A stretch of DNA of 63,796 nt, counting the filler, from Sphacelaria rigidula (taxonomy: Eukaryota): NCBI GenBank assembly GCA_964200075.2. It is 11 parts of 11 records of this genome, joined end to end, with 100 filler letters (N's around TTAATTAATTAA, not from the genome) between each part and the next. Parts side by side here need not be neighbours in the genome. Positions count along the whole stretch, not along the records: positions 46,473 to 52,180 come from CAXNAA020025082.1; positions 52,281 to 57,988 come from CAXNAA020025083.1; positions 58,089 to 63,796 come from CAXNAA020025084.1; 8 more parts are not named here. The stretch is one strand, 5' to 3'. Position numbers and translations under genes: made by a program. Below, one piece after another: positions 49,301 through 61,890 of this stretch. The notes below the pieces were generated by a model. That model was not told the origin of the DNA. It saw only the letters and a program-made list of their open reading frames with translations, and ran no database searches. Position 1 is the stretch's first letter; each line of letters opens with the position of its first letter.

Positions 49301-51484
49301 TGCACGAACTCAACATACTAGCAGCCACCCCCGCCCCCTTCCCGGCCTCCGACAAGGGGTTCACACTATAATCAAGTAAAACACACACATCTTCACCTTA
49401 GGAGCGATGTTCCGGGTCCCAGGGGCGGCTCGGCGGGCTCCCGGTTGCGAGAGCACACGAAGTTTCCTATGATTGACTATGGGATGCCGCAGGACGACGC
49501 GGGATAACGATGATCCGGCGCGCGCCTGCTCCCCCCCCGAAAGGGATTAAGGGGTACTTGACCCTGCTGTCGTTTGTTTTCAGCTATGCCAGCCCCTGGC
49601 AATGCCACCCCCCCCCGCGTCTTTCCCCTGCCTTTTAGACAGAGAAAAAAACGATAAAAAAAAACCGTCCGGGTCTCTATCTCTATATCTCTCTTTGACT
49701 GTGTCCTGCTCAGCACCGTATGCTCCGCTGTGTTTGCTACACAGCAGTCGAAAAGATCTCTCCGGTTCTCCTGCTTGTCGGCAATGGTGGCTGGGCTGTA
49801 TACAGTAGTTCCCTTCCTCTCTTTCCCGTCCCCAATCAACAGTCCAGCGCCCCAACTTCCGCTTTACCCTTTTTCCTGTCACGGGCGAAAAGCGAAAACA
49901 GGCTGCTCAAACGAAAAGACACCACCACGTTGCGGCCTGCAAGTGTCCCCGACTTTTTCGTGCACGCCCGTAGATCGCAACCAGCAGCACGCCACTCGGC
50001 GGCTCTAGATGCAATAGCAGCAATGTTAGGTTATAGCCACACTTGGCGCCAGGGTCTCACCCGGCGCGTTTGGTCTGATGCGAAAGCTCCTGCCGAAACA
50101 TTACCGCCGCTGCGATTTGGGAAATCCCTCAACGAAAAAGATGCAATAGTTATTTCCCAGATATTGTTGGTCTTTTCGTGTGATTCACGTGGATTCGTTG
50201 GTCTGTTGGTCAGTTGTTGTCCAAAACACAGAACAAAGATGATGACCATGTGTATAGTACTACGTTGTCCTGCGTTGTATGAAATAGCGCCGCATTGTTC
50301 GTGAGGTTCGCGTCATACTCTCTCTAGCAAGGAAAAGAGCTTTAGCACACACAATATGAGGATCTCTCCCGCAATCTTAACGATATGTATATCCCATATT
50401 GTTGAATCACCCAGTTAGGACATGCAATATCGATCGTCAAGAGCATTATACTATTATTCTGAAAAAGGTATGAAGGTATAATGATGAGCGGTAGTACCGC
50501 TCCTTGAATCCACGCGTGCACATGACAGACCCGGTCCGCTGGTACAACACCACGGATGTTCAGGACCAGCCCGCTGGTTGTACTGTACGATACATGCAAC
50601 ACTACTGTGTACTTACTGAAGGTGATTCAAACCTGTGTATGCGAGACCGGTCGCCCTGGTGGCTCAGTTGGTATTGTAGTATCGTATAACCTCAGAATCT
50701 GGCTGGTACGTGGGTAGGATTTTTTCTCACATCACGCCCAACGGCGGAGAGCGACTAAAGTATTACGGGGGTGGTCGTGTGTGTTGTCGTCCCATTTATT
50801 CTGGGCGCCGGTCTACTCCTTTCGGGATATGTGGNNNNNNNNNNATGAGCCGGGGTCACACAGGAGGAAAGTCAAAACAGGAGCTTTTTTTGTTTTATTT
50901 GTTTTTAGTACTCCACCTTTCTTCTGCGGTGCTTGCCTTTTTATTTTTTATCGCGAAAGGGGCTCAGCAGTCTCTTTCCCTCATCGACTGTTAACCCTAA
51001 GACCGCGAGGGTAGTCTACCTGGATCATGCATATCTGTTTCTAGTCAAATTGATGCCGATTCCACACATAACCTACTATCGCTGTCTAAGGGTTAAGTCG
51101 AATTGTGTGCACCCACGACATAGTCGCTCTCCACTGTTGTTGGGCATGGTGTAAGAAAAAATCCCAGATCGCCCCGGAAATCGAACCCCACAACCCAACC
51201 GTCAGAAGGTTGCGAGGGTACGACTGAGTCACCGGGGCGACCAGCCTTCTGTAGTGAATGAGCCCAACTGCTTTTTCCTAGACCCTACGAGCTGGGCCAG
51301 CCTAAAAACGGATTTAACCTCTAAAAGCAATATTTCATCGACACAGATGAGTTGGGCCGTGATCCGCATATCGTGTTAATCGTCTAATAATCAAGGGGAA
51401 GGTGCCCATCAGATCTGCTCAAAAGTTTGGGCCCATATTTTCTCCTTGATTGAACCCCATGTCTAGTAATTCCTATACCTAAAA

Positions 51485-51950
51485 CAGCCGATAATCGAAA
51501 TTGAGGATTGAGATTTTCATTGAGGATAAGAACCCGGAGGATTAAAATCTTCGTATCGACACTAAATCTTCGAAATATTATGGTTCCATTCCTTTACCTA
51601 CTGGTAGCTACTTATAACTGCTACATGCATGTCCTAAAATTTTGGATGTCAATAACCGAAATATTGGGATCCCAAATGAAGAAACAATTTCGGGGAATTC
51701 AGGTGATCCGATCGGATCGCCGAAATTCCCCGAAATTGGGTTTTCCCGTAGGACCACAACAACAACATTTCGGTCATTGAAACGCAAATTTGTGTGACGT
51801 GTAGGACTTGTCAACAGCTACCAGTAGGTAACAACAACAGGTGAAGGAATGGCACCGCATTTCGAAGATTTGGTGTCGATACGAAGATTTTAATCCTCCG
51901 GGTTCTCATCCTCAATGAAAATCTCCATCCTCAACATTGATGATCCGCTG
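51485..51950. mobile_element. Foldback MITE, second copy of the 8139-8582 family
   Basis: CAGCCGATAATCGAAATTGAGG...CCTCAACATTGATGATCCGCTG, with centre GATCCGATCGGATC. Confidence 0.85.
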
Positions 51951-54167
51951 TTTTCAGTTCCGAAATGCTTCTCCACGAGGCCCGATACGCTTTCTGCAGT
52001 AGTACAGGTGGCGTCACTACTTGAGAAACTCCAATTATTCGAGGCGAGGCTCAATTCTTACTCTTGTCGCCGAGCCAATCATAATTTCTTACTACAACCA
52101 CTTTCAACAGTGTTTTCGTGAGATTGAGAGTAGATGATACGATTGAGAGTGGCTTTGATCATTCGCTTTAAGTCAGTCATNNNNNNNNNNNNNNNNNNNN
52201 NNNNNNNNNNNNNNNNNNNNNNNNTTAATTAATTAANNNNNNNNNNNNNNNNNNNNNNNNNNNNNNNNNNNNNNNNNNNNAGGGATGCGTGGTCAATGGT
52301 CAAACGACTAAGGCAAGCAACAAATGAGTACGCCCCCCCCCCCGCCCCCGCCAGATTTTGTGTCCTCTTTTTGTCCGTTCCACCTTCCTGTTTTCTCCAC
52401 GTGCCATCGATTGTCGCGCATCGTCCCTTTTGGATTGTTTTTGATACTTTCCAATCCGCGACACGAAAATGTCAAGCGTGCATCGGGGTAGAGATTGAAT
52501 CATTTCTTGAGATCACGGACTCGTCCCGAGGAAGGAAAGTCAGAAATGAGAACAAAAAAACAAAGCAGGGCGTGGTTGCAGTGGTGTAGTCGCCGTTCTT
52601 TCAAGCAAAAGGAAGGCCTGAAGACATGCCACAGTACTACTACAGTACAATTGTGTATATTAATAAAAAAAAATGATGCCGTAATGAGCATCCAAGTGTT
52701 AGAGGTGCCTCTATTTGGAGTAGGAACGGTGCTCCGTCTCAAAAGGGATAAAGGCATGCGTGGTCAATGGTCGAACGACTGAGGCCAGCAACAAATGAGT
52801 ACGCCCCCCCCCCCCCCCCCCCGTGATTAAAAGCACAGAAACAGAATTGCAAGGTAACCTGCGAGCCCTTTTTATCCGGTGATGTAGAGAAAATAGCTCA
52901 GCTGTCGTGAAGTGGGTCTGGGTCATAATTTCCGCTGAAAAGCATGGAGTGTGTATTGCATTATACCACGGCAGGGGGGTTGTTAAACCTCGTTACGGAT
53001 GGAGGGTCGGTACAGAAACAGCAGGTATAATCAAGAATACTGCGTGTGCCGTACAAGCCACTGCGCCGCAACCCTCAGTTTTCACAGGCAAAGTCGGCGC
53101 AATGAAGACTTGCCGCCAAACGAGGAGGCGTTTCGTACCTGCAGGGCTCGACAACGAAACGTGTTCAGTCACAAGGATCACGTGTGCCACACAGCTTTCG
53201 GCCGTGCCAACATTGCGGGGTATGACAGTCTGAGCGAAATGCATTGCAATTTCGTCTTTTTCTCCCATTTTGCGGCGATCGTATGGCTGGGAATCGATCT
53301 TCTTTGTTGGGGAACATTTTATGGTGTGCTTTGAAAAAAATGGATCTCTCGGGAGTATCAATCCCCGATTTCGTCTCCTCAAACTTGTCACGCTGGGGGT
53401 GTTATACAACGTCACGTACGGTAAATACTGAAAATACTGTTGATACTGCGGTACGATTGCTGTTTCACCTCGTTGGTCGTTGCAAAAACGCGGATGCTCC
53501 ACCTCGCCTCCCTTTCAGCATGGGCGCCGACGAACTAATCCACCTCATGGACACTGTTTTGTTCACCCCGCCGACCATTGGCCCACCCTGCACTACCGGT
53601 CGCCGCCGCAAGCCGCTAGCGGTCATCGCAGCCGCAGGCATCTCCATTGATATCGATTGGTGATCATTCGATTTTGTCAAGAAAATGTTGCAATCACTGT
53701 TGGAGAGGACAACAGGCCGATGGTGGGGTAGCAAGGCTGCCCGGCGGCTAAGCCTCCGCATCCCAATAGCACGATGCATGATGGGTGTTGTGATGGGTGG
53801 TGCGTTGTATCGAAGCTTCGTCCGTTTCACATGTTGACGTCGGTTTTTCCTGGATTTTAACTCAGACCCGTAGTCGAAGAATCTAAATATCCAAAACAGT
53901 AGACAAAACCTCGAAAATTGAAGGATGGACAAAGAGTGAGCATTTCTATCATCTCCTATACGAAGATCGACCACTTTGCCGATGATAATTTTCAATCATC
54001 ATACACCTGAGTACACGACGGTCCGTGATCCTAGGTGATAATCAACGGAAACTGATGAATGCATGCTGGTCGAGTATTGAGACAAACAAAATAAAAAAAA
54101 ACAGAAGCTATCCTCCGCAACGCTCGTCGCTCCTTGCGCAGCGATCCAGGCTGAGTCGCAATCGAAA

Positions 54168-54436
54168 ATGGCCGCAGCGGCAGTAGCAGTAGAAGCATGG
54201 AGGCCTCTGGTGAAGAGGATGCTGACAACTTCCTCCCGTTACTCTCCGTCCGTTATGAATGTCCCCTCAATAGAACATCACGTCAACTATCGTCATTGCA
54301 GTAGTAGTACTGCGGCCTTGCCTCGAGCACCAGCTACTGCTTCTACCGAGGCTCGTCGAAGCCATGTAGGAGTAGGCTTAGCAGGGGACGCGTGGAGAGC
54401 TTCTGGAACGCGGGTTATTCACTCTACCACAACAGG
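54168..54436 (+). CDS. Candidate first coding exon with a transit-peptide-like N-terminus
   Basis: AAAATGGCC start. MAAAAVAVEAWRPLVKRMLTTSSRYS... is Ser/Thr/Arg/Ala-rich. Ends ACAG|gtgac and is phase-compatible with a candidate exon at 55068-55132 (ASSGSATLAKITRHVAESVLLE). Confidence 0.4.
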
Positions 54437-56278
54437 TGACCATCGGTCTTTGCACGGTATCTGTCGTATTCGCCTTGCGACTCTTCAGCGGTATCGTCCT
54501 GTGCTGTCGTCCTCTACGGTTGCACTGCAACCGTCGGTGACACACTGACTACAGTATCGTCGACCGTACCGCACCGTCCGGCACGACCGAATGTCTTGCC
54601 CAGGTCATGGCTTCAAGTGTAACATCCGAGTAATGTGCTACATGTTTGCTGTGTGCTGCGCCATTCCGTGTGGTACAATCTTGGTGATACACGCACTGCA
54701 ATCGTACTACATTTACAGTCCAACAAGTGTACTGTGCTGTCCTGTTGGGCCCATGAGTGCCCCCAGCCTGAAACAAAAAACAACCCGCCACAGTAACCGA
54801 ACTGAGTCTCTGTATTACTATAGTTCCCAGTTTACTATAGTTCCCGGTCGACACAACCACCGACAACCGTGACACACCGGCACTTGACCGTCGACAGTTG
54901 AAATGCACTTGTGTGGGGGGGTATATATCATATATGTGGCCGCTGGCTTGTTTGATTGAGGGACGCAGGATGAGCGAGGACTGTGATTGCGACAAGTGGG
55001 CCGGAAAAAGTAGTGCCACCACAGTATCAGGATCCTCTAACAATAAAAAAAAGAACACAAATCACAGCTAGTAGTGGATCAGCAACACTGGCCAAAATCA
55101 CCCGCCATGTTGCTGAATCCGTTTTATTGGAGGTGACGTTGTCAGTAGGAACGCTGCCCTGTATGAGGAGCTGAAAACATCCCCGTCGTTGCAAATGACT
55201 CCCTTGTTGACTCCGTCCCCATATATTCCAGATCCGCTGCGAGAACCGTAGAAGAAATCCATGCTGGACATGCCGAAATTCAGTAATACTGGCTATTCTT
55301 TCGCGCTCGGTTCCTTGCCATTGACCCAAAACGCCGCCGACTCCGCAGCGTGCAATTCGTTCGCGCACAACGCACCAAAAATAAATCTTTGATTGTCCAG
55401 TCGCGTCCGTCGATTGAATCGGCTTCATGCTCCCATGGTGAATGACTGTTGCACTGCGGGGTCCATGTGCTCGTACGCTGGAAGGGCTTACCCTCTTGAC
55501 CCTTCCGGAACTGTCCCCTCCCATCCCGGGGCCAGACGCCTCATTATTCATGGGCGCCCATGATTACGAAAAGACGGCGAAGACCGCATCTACAGCCACA
55601 TGGGATGCGCATACAAAGCAGGCACCCCATCGTGGTTCGGTCAGTTTCGTTTAGTAGTTGCACGCGCGGGGTACTCCAACCGTGACCGAATGTATTGGTG
55701 TTAGGGTCTTCCTCCCCATACATTGTAGGCGAAAATATGCACGTTTTACAGTATTATTTATTCCGATTTTAGTTTAGTTCACATGTTTTTGAAGTATTTC
55801 CGGCGCGAGCTGAGGAGAACCCCACAGTGATGCGCAAAAATCGTCAGTGCGGGAAGCAACCCCCGTTGCTCGAATCGTGCAGTTCCAACGACCTCAGTTC
55901 CCCAACACGGCACGTCACGTTTGTGTTGGAGTATGACCCTTAGAAAATACGTCATGTACCACGGGATGCAAAATTGCGAGCATGTGTTCTCTACGTTGTA
56001 CTGACTAAAATGAGGGTACTTCATTTTTTTCATCTTATTTTCATTTGTCGCACTTTGAACCCTTCCCATTCCCCGGGACGAGTCCGTGATCTACTAGTCT
56101 CAAGGGATCGACCCATTTCTCCCCAGTACACGCCTTGCATTTTGGTCTCGCGGATTGGGTCATGACTATCAGCACTCCCACACCGCGTCAACTCGCGTCA
56201 AACAAACTCAGTCGACTACTTCGTTTACTCACGTTCTCGCGCTCTCCACGGTGGAAATCAGACGTGACGAAGAAAAAA

Positions 56279-56352
56279 CCCAACGCATCGGGAATCGAAC
56301 CCTCGTTCTCTCCGCCCTAATAGCGACCGTCGGTCCATTACACCACCGGGTC
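56279..56352 (-). ncRNA. tRNA-like Pol III unit (pseudo-tRNA or short SINE)
   Basis: A box TGGTGTAATGG, B box GGTTCGATTCCC, possible acceptor pairing ACCCGG/TTGGGT and an immediate T6 run. The cloverleaf is imperfect. Confidence 0.5.
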
Positions 56353-57259
56353 GCGGCGGACATACTGCCATTTCAAAAGTGTGAAAGATATATTTTTTGT
56401 CGGTAAATGCCCTTCCGAACCATACGTAAGTGTTCGGAACAGAGCTCGATACCCTTCCGAATCATACCGGAATGTTCGACACACATTTCGGTATGATTTT
56501 GCATGTGTATGTTGTCATCCCGTCTATTCTAGACGCCGGTCTACACCTCTCGGTGTATGTGGACGCGTCAGCCGGGGTCACACAGGAGGAAGGTCAACAC
56601 ACGAGTTCTGCGTCTTTTATTTATTTCAGTCCTGCACCTTCCTTCTGCGGTGCTTGCCTTTCTTTTTCATCGCCAGAGGGGTTCAGCAATCCCTTTCCCT
56701 CGTCGACCGTGAAGTCGACTTTTGTACACCCGCGACATGGTCGCTCTCTACTGTTGGGCACTGTGTGAAAAAAAATCCCAGATCGCTCCGAGATTTGAAC
56801 CCACCACCTAACCGTCAGGAGGTTCCGAGGTTATCAGCTAGTATGCCAATAATAATCCCCCACTTCCGGGTATATCCTACGGAACACGACCTTGCAAACT
56901 TGCAAACTTGCTTGTTAGTAGGGCAGGGTAGGGTACAAGGTGGGGTCATTTGAGGTGTCTATACCCTGGGTAAAACGAACGTGTTTCATTTTCGTTATTC
57001 TTGGGTACGTCTATCATGAGACCACGGCTGGACCCCTGGGGGGTCAGTTAAGGTGCGACAATCAATCAAAATCAATCAATCAAAACTGTGTGGCGGTGTT
57101 CCATATGATTTTACCACGTGGACTAAAGATTTCAAGAGTCATAATCGAAACTTGACTTGGCCATACCACGCTATTTAACCTCGACGTTTGCCATTCGGAG
57201 ATGCCTCTGGGTATCAACCACTGGTGATCCCGTGTCATCTGTGCCTCATTGTGCTACAG

Positions 57260-57828
57260 AGTCTTGGAGTAGTGACCCACGAGTTGATATCGACGGACAA
57301 GGCGATATTGATTATGAGAAGTTTCGGCAAACAATCATGTTGGCAAGCGACTGTTTCTCCGTAGACGCTGGCCCTTTGTACAAAAAGACGACTCAACCCC
57401 TGCCAAGCAGAGATGATGAAGTTGATTCCATGAGGAACTCGATTTTGATCGTTTCCCCGATCTCGTAAATGATTAGTCAATAGCATGCCGCACCGTATAC
57501 TGCATCTGACAGTATTACATCACCAGGACGTCGAACATATCATGCGTCCAACCAAGGGCGCATAGAAACGCGGTCGAAAGGTTGTGACTACAGCCAGATC
57601 AACCGCTCTGGCTTACAGCTTGTTTTTCTTTTTTTCGTGAGAAAAAGTTCATGACTGATCCAGCTAAGTCGACCAAGCACAGGTGATCCACACGTTGTAT
57701 ATTCTTCGTCGGAACAAGTGACGAGGAGTGTTTGGAAATTTAACTACAGAGGAGGGTCCATCAAAATATCGACAACTGTGCTGTCGAAGGATCAACTGGA
57801 TGTGAATGGTAAAATGCTCGGTCGCTGG
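57260..57828 (+). CDS. Candidate exons of an EF-hand-containing protein
   Basis: DIDGQGDIDYEKF resembles an EF-hand loop. An open exon at 57682-57828 (acag|GT..TG|gtaaaa) reads DPHVVYSSSEQVTRSVWKFNYRGGSIKISTTVLSKDQLDVNGKMLGR. The exon chain is not resolved. Confidence 0.45.
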
Positions 57829-60469
57829 TAAAACCTCCGAAACAACTGTGTCGCTTCTCTTAGGGGTCCTATTAACGGGTCAATTTTTCAGATTATTTCT
57901 ATTTTTTCTGAGACGTTGGCTTCCCCCCCCCCCCCCCCAACTTCTCCAAACGCGAAGTTGGTGGAGAGGTTAGGAACAGTACAGATGGNNNNNNNNNNNN
58001 NNNNNNNNNNNNNNNNNNNNNNNNNNNNNNNNTTAATTAATTAANNNNNNNNNNNNNNNNNNNNNNNNNNNNNNNNNNNNNNNNNNNNATAGGAAAAGGA
58101 TAATATGTGTGCAAGGTTCTCGTGTAATGTATGTTAACCCGAAAAGCGCCAAAGCGTTGGAGGTGTCTCCAATAGGAGCAGAGACGGTGCTCGGTGCTCC
58201 GTCTCGGAAGGGATGCGTGGTCAACTGTCAAACGACCAAGGCCAGCAAAAAATGAGCACGCCCCCGCCCGCCCCCAGCCCCCCCAGCTGATGAGGGGGCC
58301 CCGCCGGAGGCACGTAAAAAATCTGTTGGGGGGCTTCATCCCTCGTAAAAATCAGAGTTCGCTGTTGACCGCCCGGTGGCAGCGTTCAAGGCGCACCAAT
58401 TGGAATTTTGACGAGAAAAATGAGGTACAAGAGTGGAGAAACCATGGTGCTATCTATATACTCCGTACATTGGGGTGCGCGAGTATTGTATGCGTTGTGA
58501 GAGGGGAAAAAATATTGCCTGGGTGTCGCTGCCCGTGGTATTGTTCATACTCCTGGTCTCCGTCTGCAGGTGCTATACTGCGTCCAGTTCGTGGTGGCCA
58601 CCCTTACAGCTGTATGATGACAGTTACATACATGGAACGGGAAATGACCATAGGGCACTTGCGCGGTCGTCAAGGTCAAAGTCTCGCGGGCCCAATCCTG
58701 ATTTGAATTGAGGGGGGGGGGGGAAATGTATTTTGTCTGAAAAGTTTGTAGAAACGCCGAATCCGGCCCTGCAGGATACTAGCGTTCCTTTCACTGAAAC
58801 ATGACCATTTTTACATTCGAGATTACGGATTCGGGGCCATTCAAGACGGGATAACGAAAAAGGCAAAGGCCGGAAAGATACCTACGCTATCGAATGTGCG
58901 GCGATAGGAAAAACGTGCGGTCGGATCAGGTGAAGTTTGGCTTCGCGAACGCCGCATGGGCCGACGGGTCCTGACTAATTTATTTTGATAAGACTCACTT
59001 GCGGGCCTGAGGTTGCTCCAATTTGATTTCGGCTGTTTTAGTACTTTCAAGATCTCGATAAGAGTCGAAAATTTAGTGCATGGCATGTACGAACGTAAAC
59101 AAGACATTTTCAATGCATTGGTTAAGTCTTATGTGGAGGTTGAGCCCAGGGGTGCTTCCAGGGATAGGAAAATATCCGCCCCCGGGGGTGGTATCCGCCG
59201 TTTTGTCCCGCTGCAGAAGAATGGTGGTGCTCCTCACTATCCTAGGGGTACACAGTGAGGATATCGATGCTTTTTATGATACCTCTCATGCGTTCAGAAG
59301 CACCATATAGTCCGCCTGTCAAGGGCCAACACGTCGATGACACCCTCCCTGTGGGAACGCTTGGGGAGAAAACGTGCTCATATCGTCGGGAAGGTGGGCA
59401 GGGGGGGTGTACTCATGATCTTGCATGCCGTACTCGTATGGTCATTGACCTCGCATCCCTACAAAGTCGGGACGGAGCCCGCCGGGTTTTCGCCGGACCA
59501 GTCTCGCAATCACTCACCAAGCGCAAAGCGCCGTGATGTGTTCGGCGAATCGCATGAAGCGTGAGCTGCATCCTGCTAAGATTGTCCGGCCCGAAGCCTA
59601 ATCATTATCTTGCATTCGGATCGCAGTCTCCAGTGAGGTACTCATCTTCTGGTATCGCTACTTCCGGAGACAGCCACGACCTATACACTGCTTCGTGGGT
59701 GTCTCACCATTTAAACACTACGTAGTACGATCATCCCCATTGTGCGGAATTGAGGTTCTCCCACACCGCACAACACGATCTAGCTCCACTGCCACCATGG
59801 TTACCGCAAAAATAAACACAAGCGCGCAAAACAATCGGTAACCTGATTGCCTAGCTTACGCAGTGAGTGGCGTGTTCTACAGCGTCGTTGCCAACCGATC
59901 CCAAACCCATGGGGGGTTGGGGGAGGAAGCGTGGTCTCAAGTCAGCACGTAGTATCTACAGCAGTGGGCGGTCTAACTATTCAGGGGTGTTTTGGCGTTT
60001 TCCTCGCGTACTACTCTTCGGTAGAACTCGAGATTGCTAGCGTCGGTAAATTTTGGTACAATAAACAAATCATTCCAGAAACACAGTGCCCAAGTCAGCG
60101 TTAGTTGGTGTTATCGGGCGATACGAGTAAACATCCCGTTTATCAGGAGGGTGGTATTGACCGTGAAACACATTATTTTCGGCTCTAGACAAGTAGATAG
60201 AATTAAAAAAAAATCAAAGTGTACATTTCTTCACAAATATGATCGGTACAGGCTCGATTGACTAAAAAAACCCAAGAGTGATAATCTGAAGTGAAACGTG
60301 GCAAGACCCCCGATGACGGTCAGCCAGTAAGTCACTCAATATTGAGTACAGATGATTGTTTTTCTTGGAATGTGGAGCGGATACAAATATATTTTGATCC
60401 CTAATGTGACCACCCGTGTGTGCAGGGGCACCGCCATTTTGTTTTTAGCGGACCCTAACAGTATGTTAT

Positions 60470-61890
60470 AACCCATACGCGTTGAGGAGGGGATGAAACG
60501 ATATCGTCCCCGGGGGGTCTGTAGTCCCATTGAAGAAAACGAAGGGCCTTCTACTTAGGGTAGGTTGTGGGCATTCTATCGGGACCGGTCACGTGTTCAG
60601 GTTCGTTGTTTTCCGGCTGCAAATGGCTCAATCGTCGCGTAACACCCCCCATTCCGCTGAGAATGTCCGGGAATGAGATGCCTTGATATTATACACGCGA
60701 AAGGCGACGGGGGGTGGCAGGAGTCATGAAACAGCAGTAGGATAGGGTGAACGCGTTCCAACGATGGTCTCCCGCGTGTTCTGGGGCATCGACATTTGCA
60801 TTTAATCATTAAACAACGAACTCCCCTCAGATGAACTCAGATAGACTTCGTGTGCCTCACTCAAGGTTCAGAGCAACTCTTTTCTCACTACATAAAAACG
60901 CCTGTTTTCGTGAAATGTGGATTTTGGGCATCTATGTAGAAAACAGACCCGGAGAACCCCTGGCCGGTTTTGACCTTGCAGTCAATGGCGCGCAGAGTCA
61001 GCACGTGTGCTTTATGTCTTCGCTGGATAGAACGGCAAGGAACAGTCAGCGCGCCACCGTTCTCCACCGAACACAGTTTACTACGGCACGGTGCTGATGT
61101 CTTTGCTGTATTCCACAACAACGCTGAAGACAGTGAGAAGCTTTGCTGGCAACACATGAGGGGTCAGGCAGGCGGCGTACACCACGAGCAGATTACGAAG
61201 CACGTAATTTGTGCCCACGTTTTTTTCTGTGGTTGGATTGTCATGACCAAAATGAGAAATACGGCTAGACAGCGAATCAGTCCATCTGTAGTACACCTGT
61301 AGGGCAACAACGTGACCATTTTGATGACTGTGATTGGTCAGAATGGTCACTGCGCCCTTCTCGGGTATCGTTCCTGGCTTACAGTTTTCTGACGTGAATT
61401 TTTAAACACGCATGGTTGACTTGATGAGCTTTCCGGCTGTTCTGCGAATAAGCCCCCACCCCACTGTCAAAAACCCCGCCCCCCCCCCCGTGGAAACCCC
61501 CGGATGTCCCTGGGCTGTCAACCTGTGCAACTGTGTCCAGGCGACGCTCGCTGACTAGTGGTTAATAGGACCTGAGGTTAGATCATGACCCATGCGCTTA
61601 CTTAAAGAGAGGATCGAAACAATATCGTTCCCGGGGTGTGTGCAGTTTCGTTAAGAAAAAAGGGAAGTACTTATTACTTGGGGTAGGTCGTAGGCTTTCT
61701 ATCGGTACCAGTCACGTGTTCAGATTCATTATTGTCGGGCCGCAAGCGGCTCACACGTAGGATAAGACCCCCAACCCCGCCGAAATTGTTCGGCAAGGGG
61801 ATGCGGTGATTTTTAACCCGGTGAGGGGAGAGGAGGGGAAGGAGGGCCATGAAGGAGTAGGATGAGGTGAAAAAGTTCCAACGATGCCTC
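60470..61890 (+). repeat. Two diverged ~300-bp direct repeats (60470-60770 and 61590-61890)
   Basis: Shared GAAACxATATCGTxCCCGGGG, TACTTxGGGTAGGT, TTCTATCGGxACCxGTCACGTGTTCAG and GTTCCAACGATG. Confidence 0.7.

Noticed and set aside
57157..57185. 5S rRNA-like GGCCATACCAC
   Set aside because: Similarity ends after about 11 nt, with no internal control region.
58287..58320. Hammerhead-like CTGATGAG
   Set aside because: No correctly placed GAAA or closing helices.
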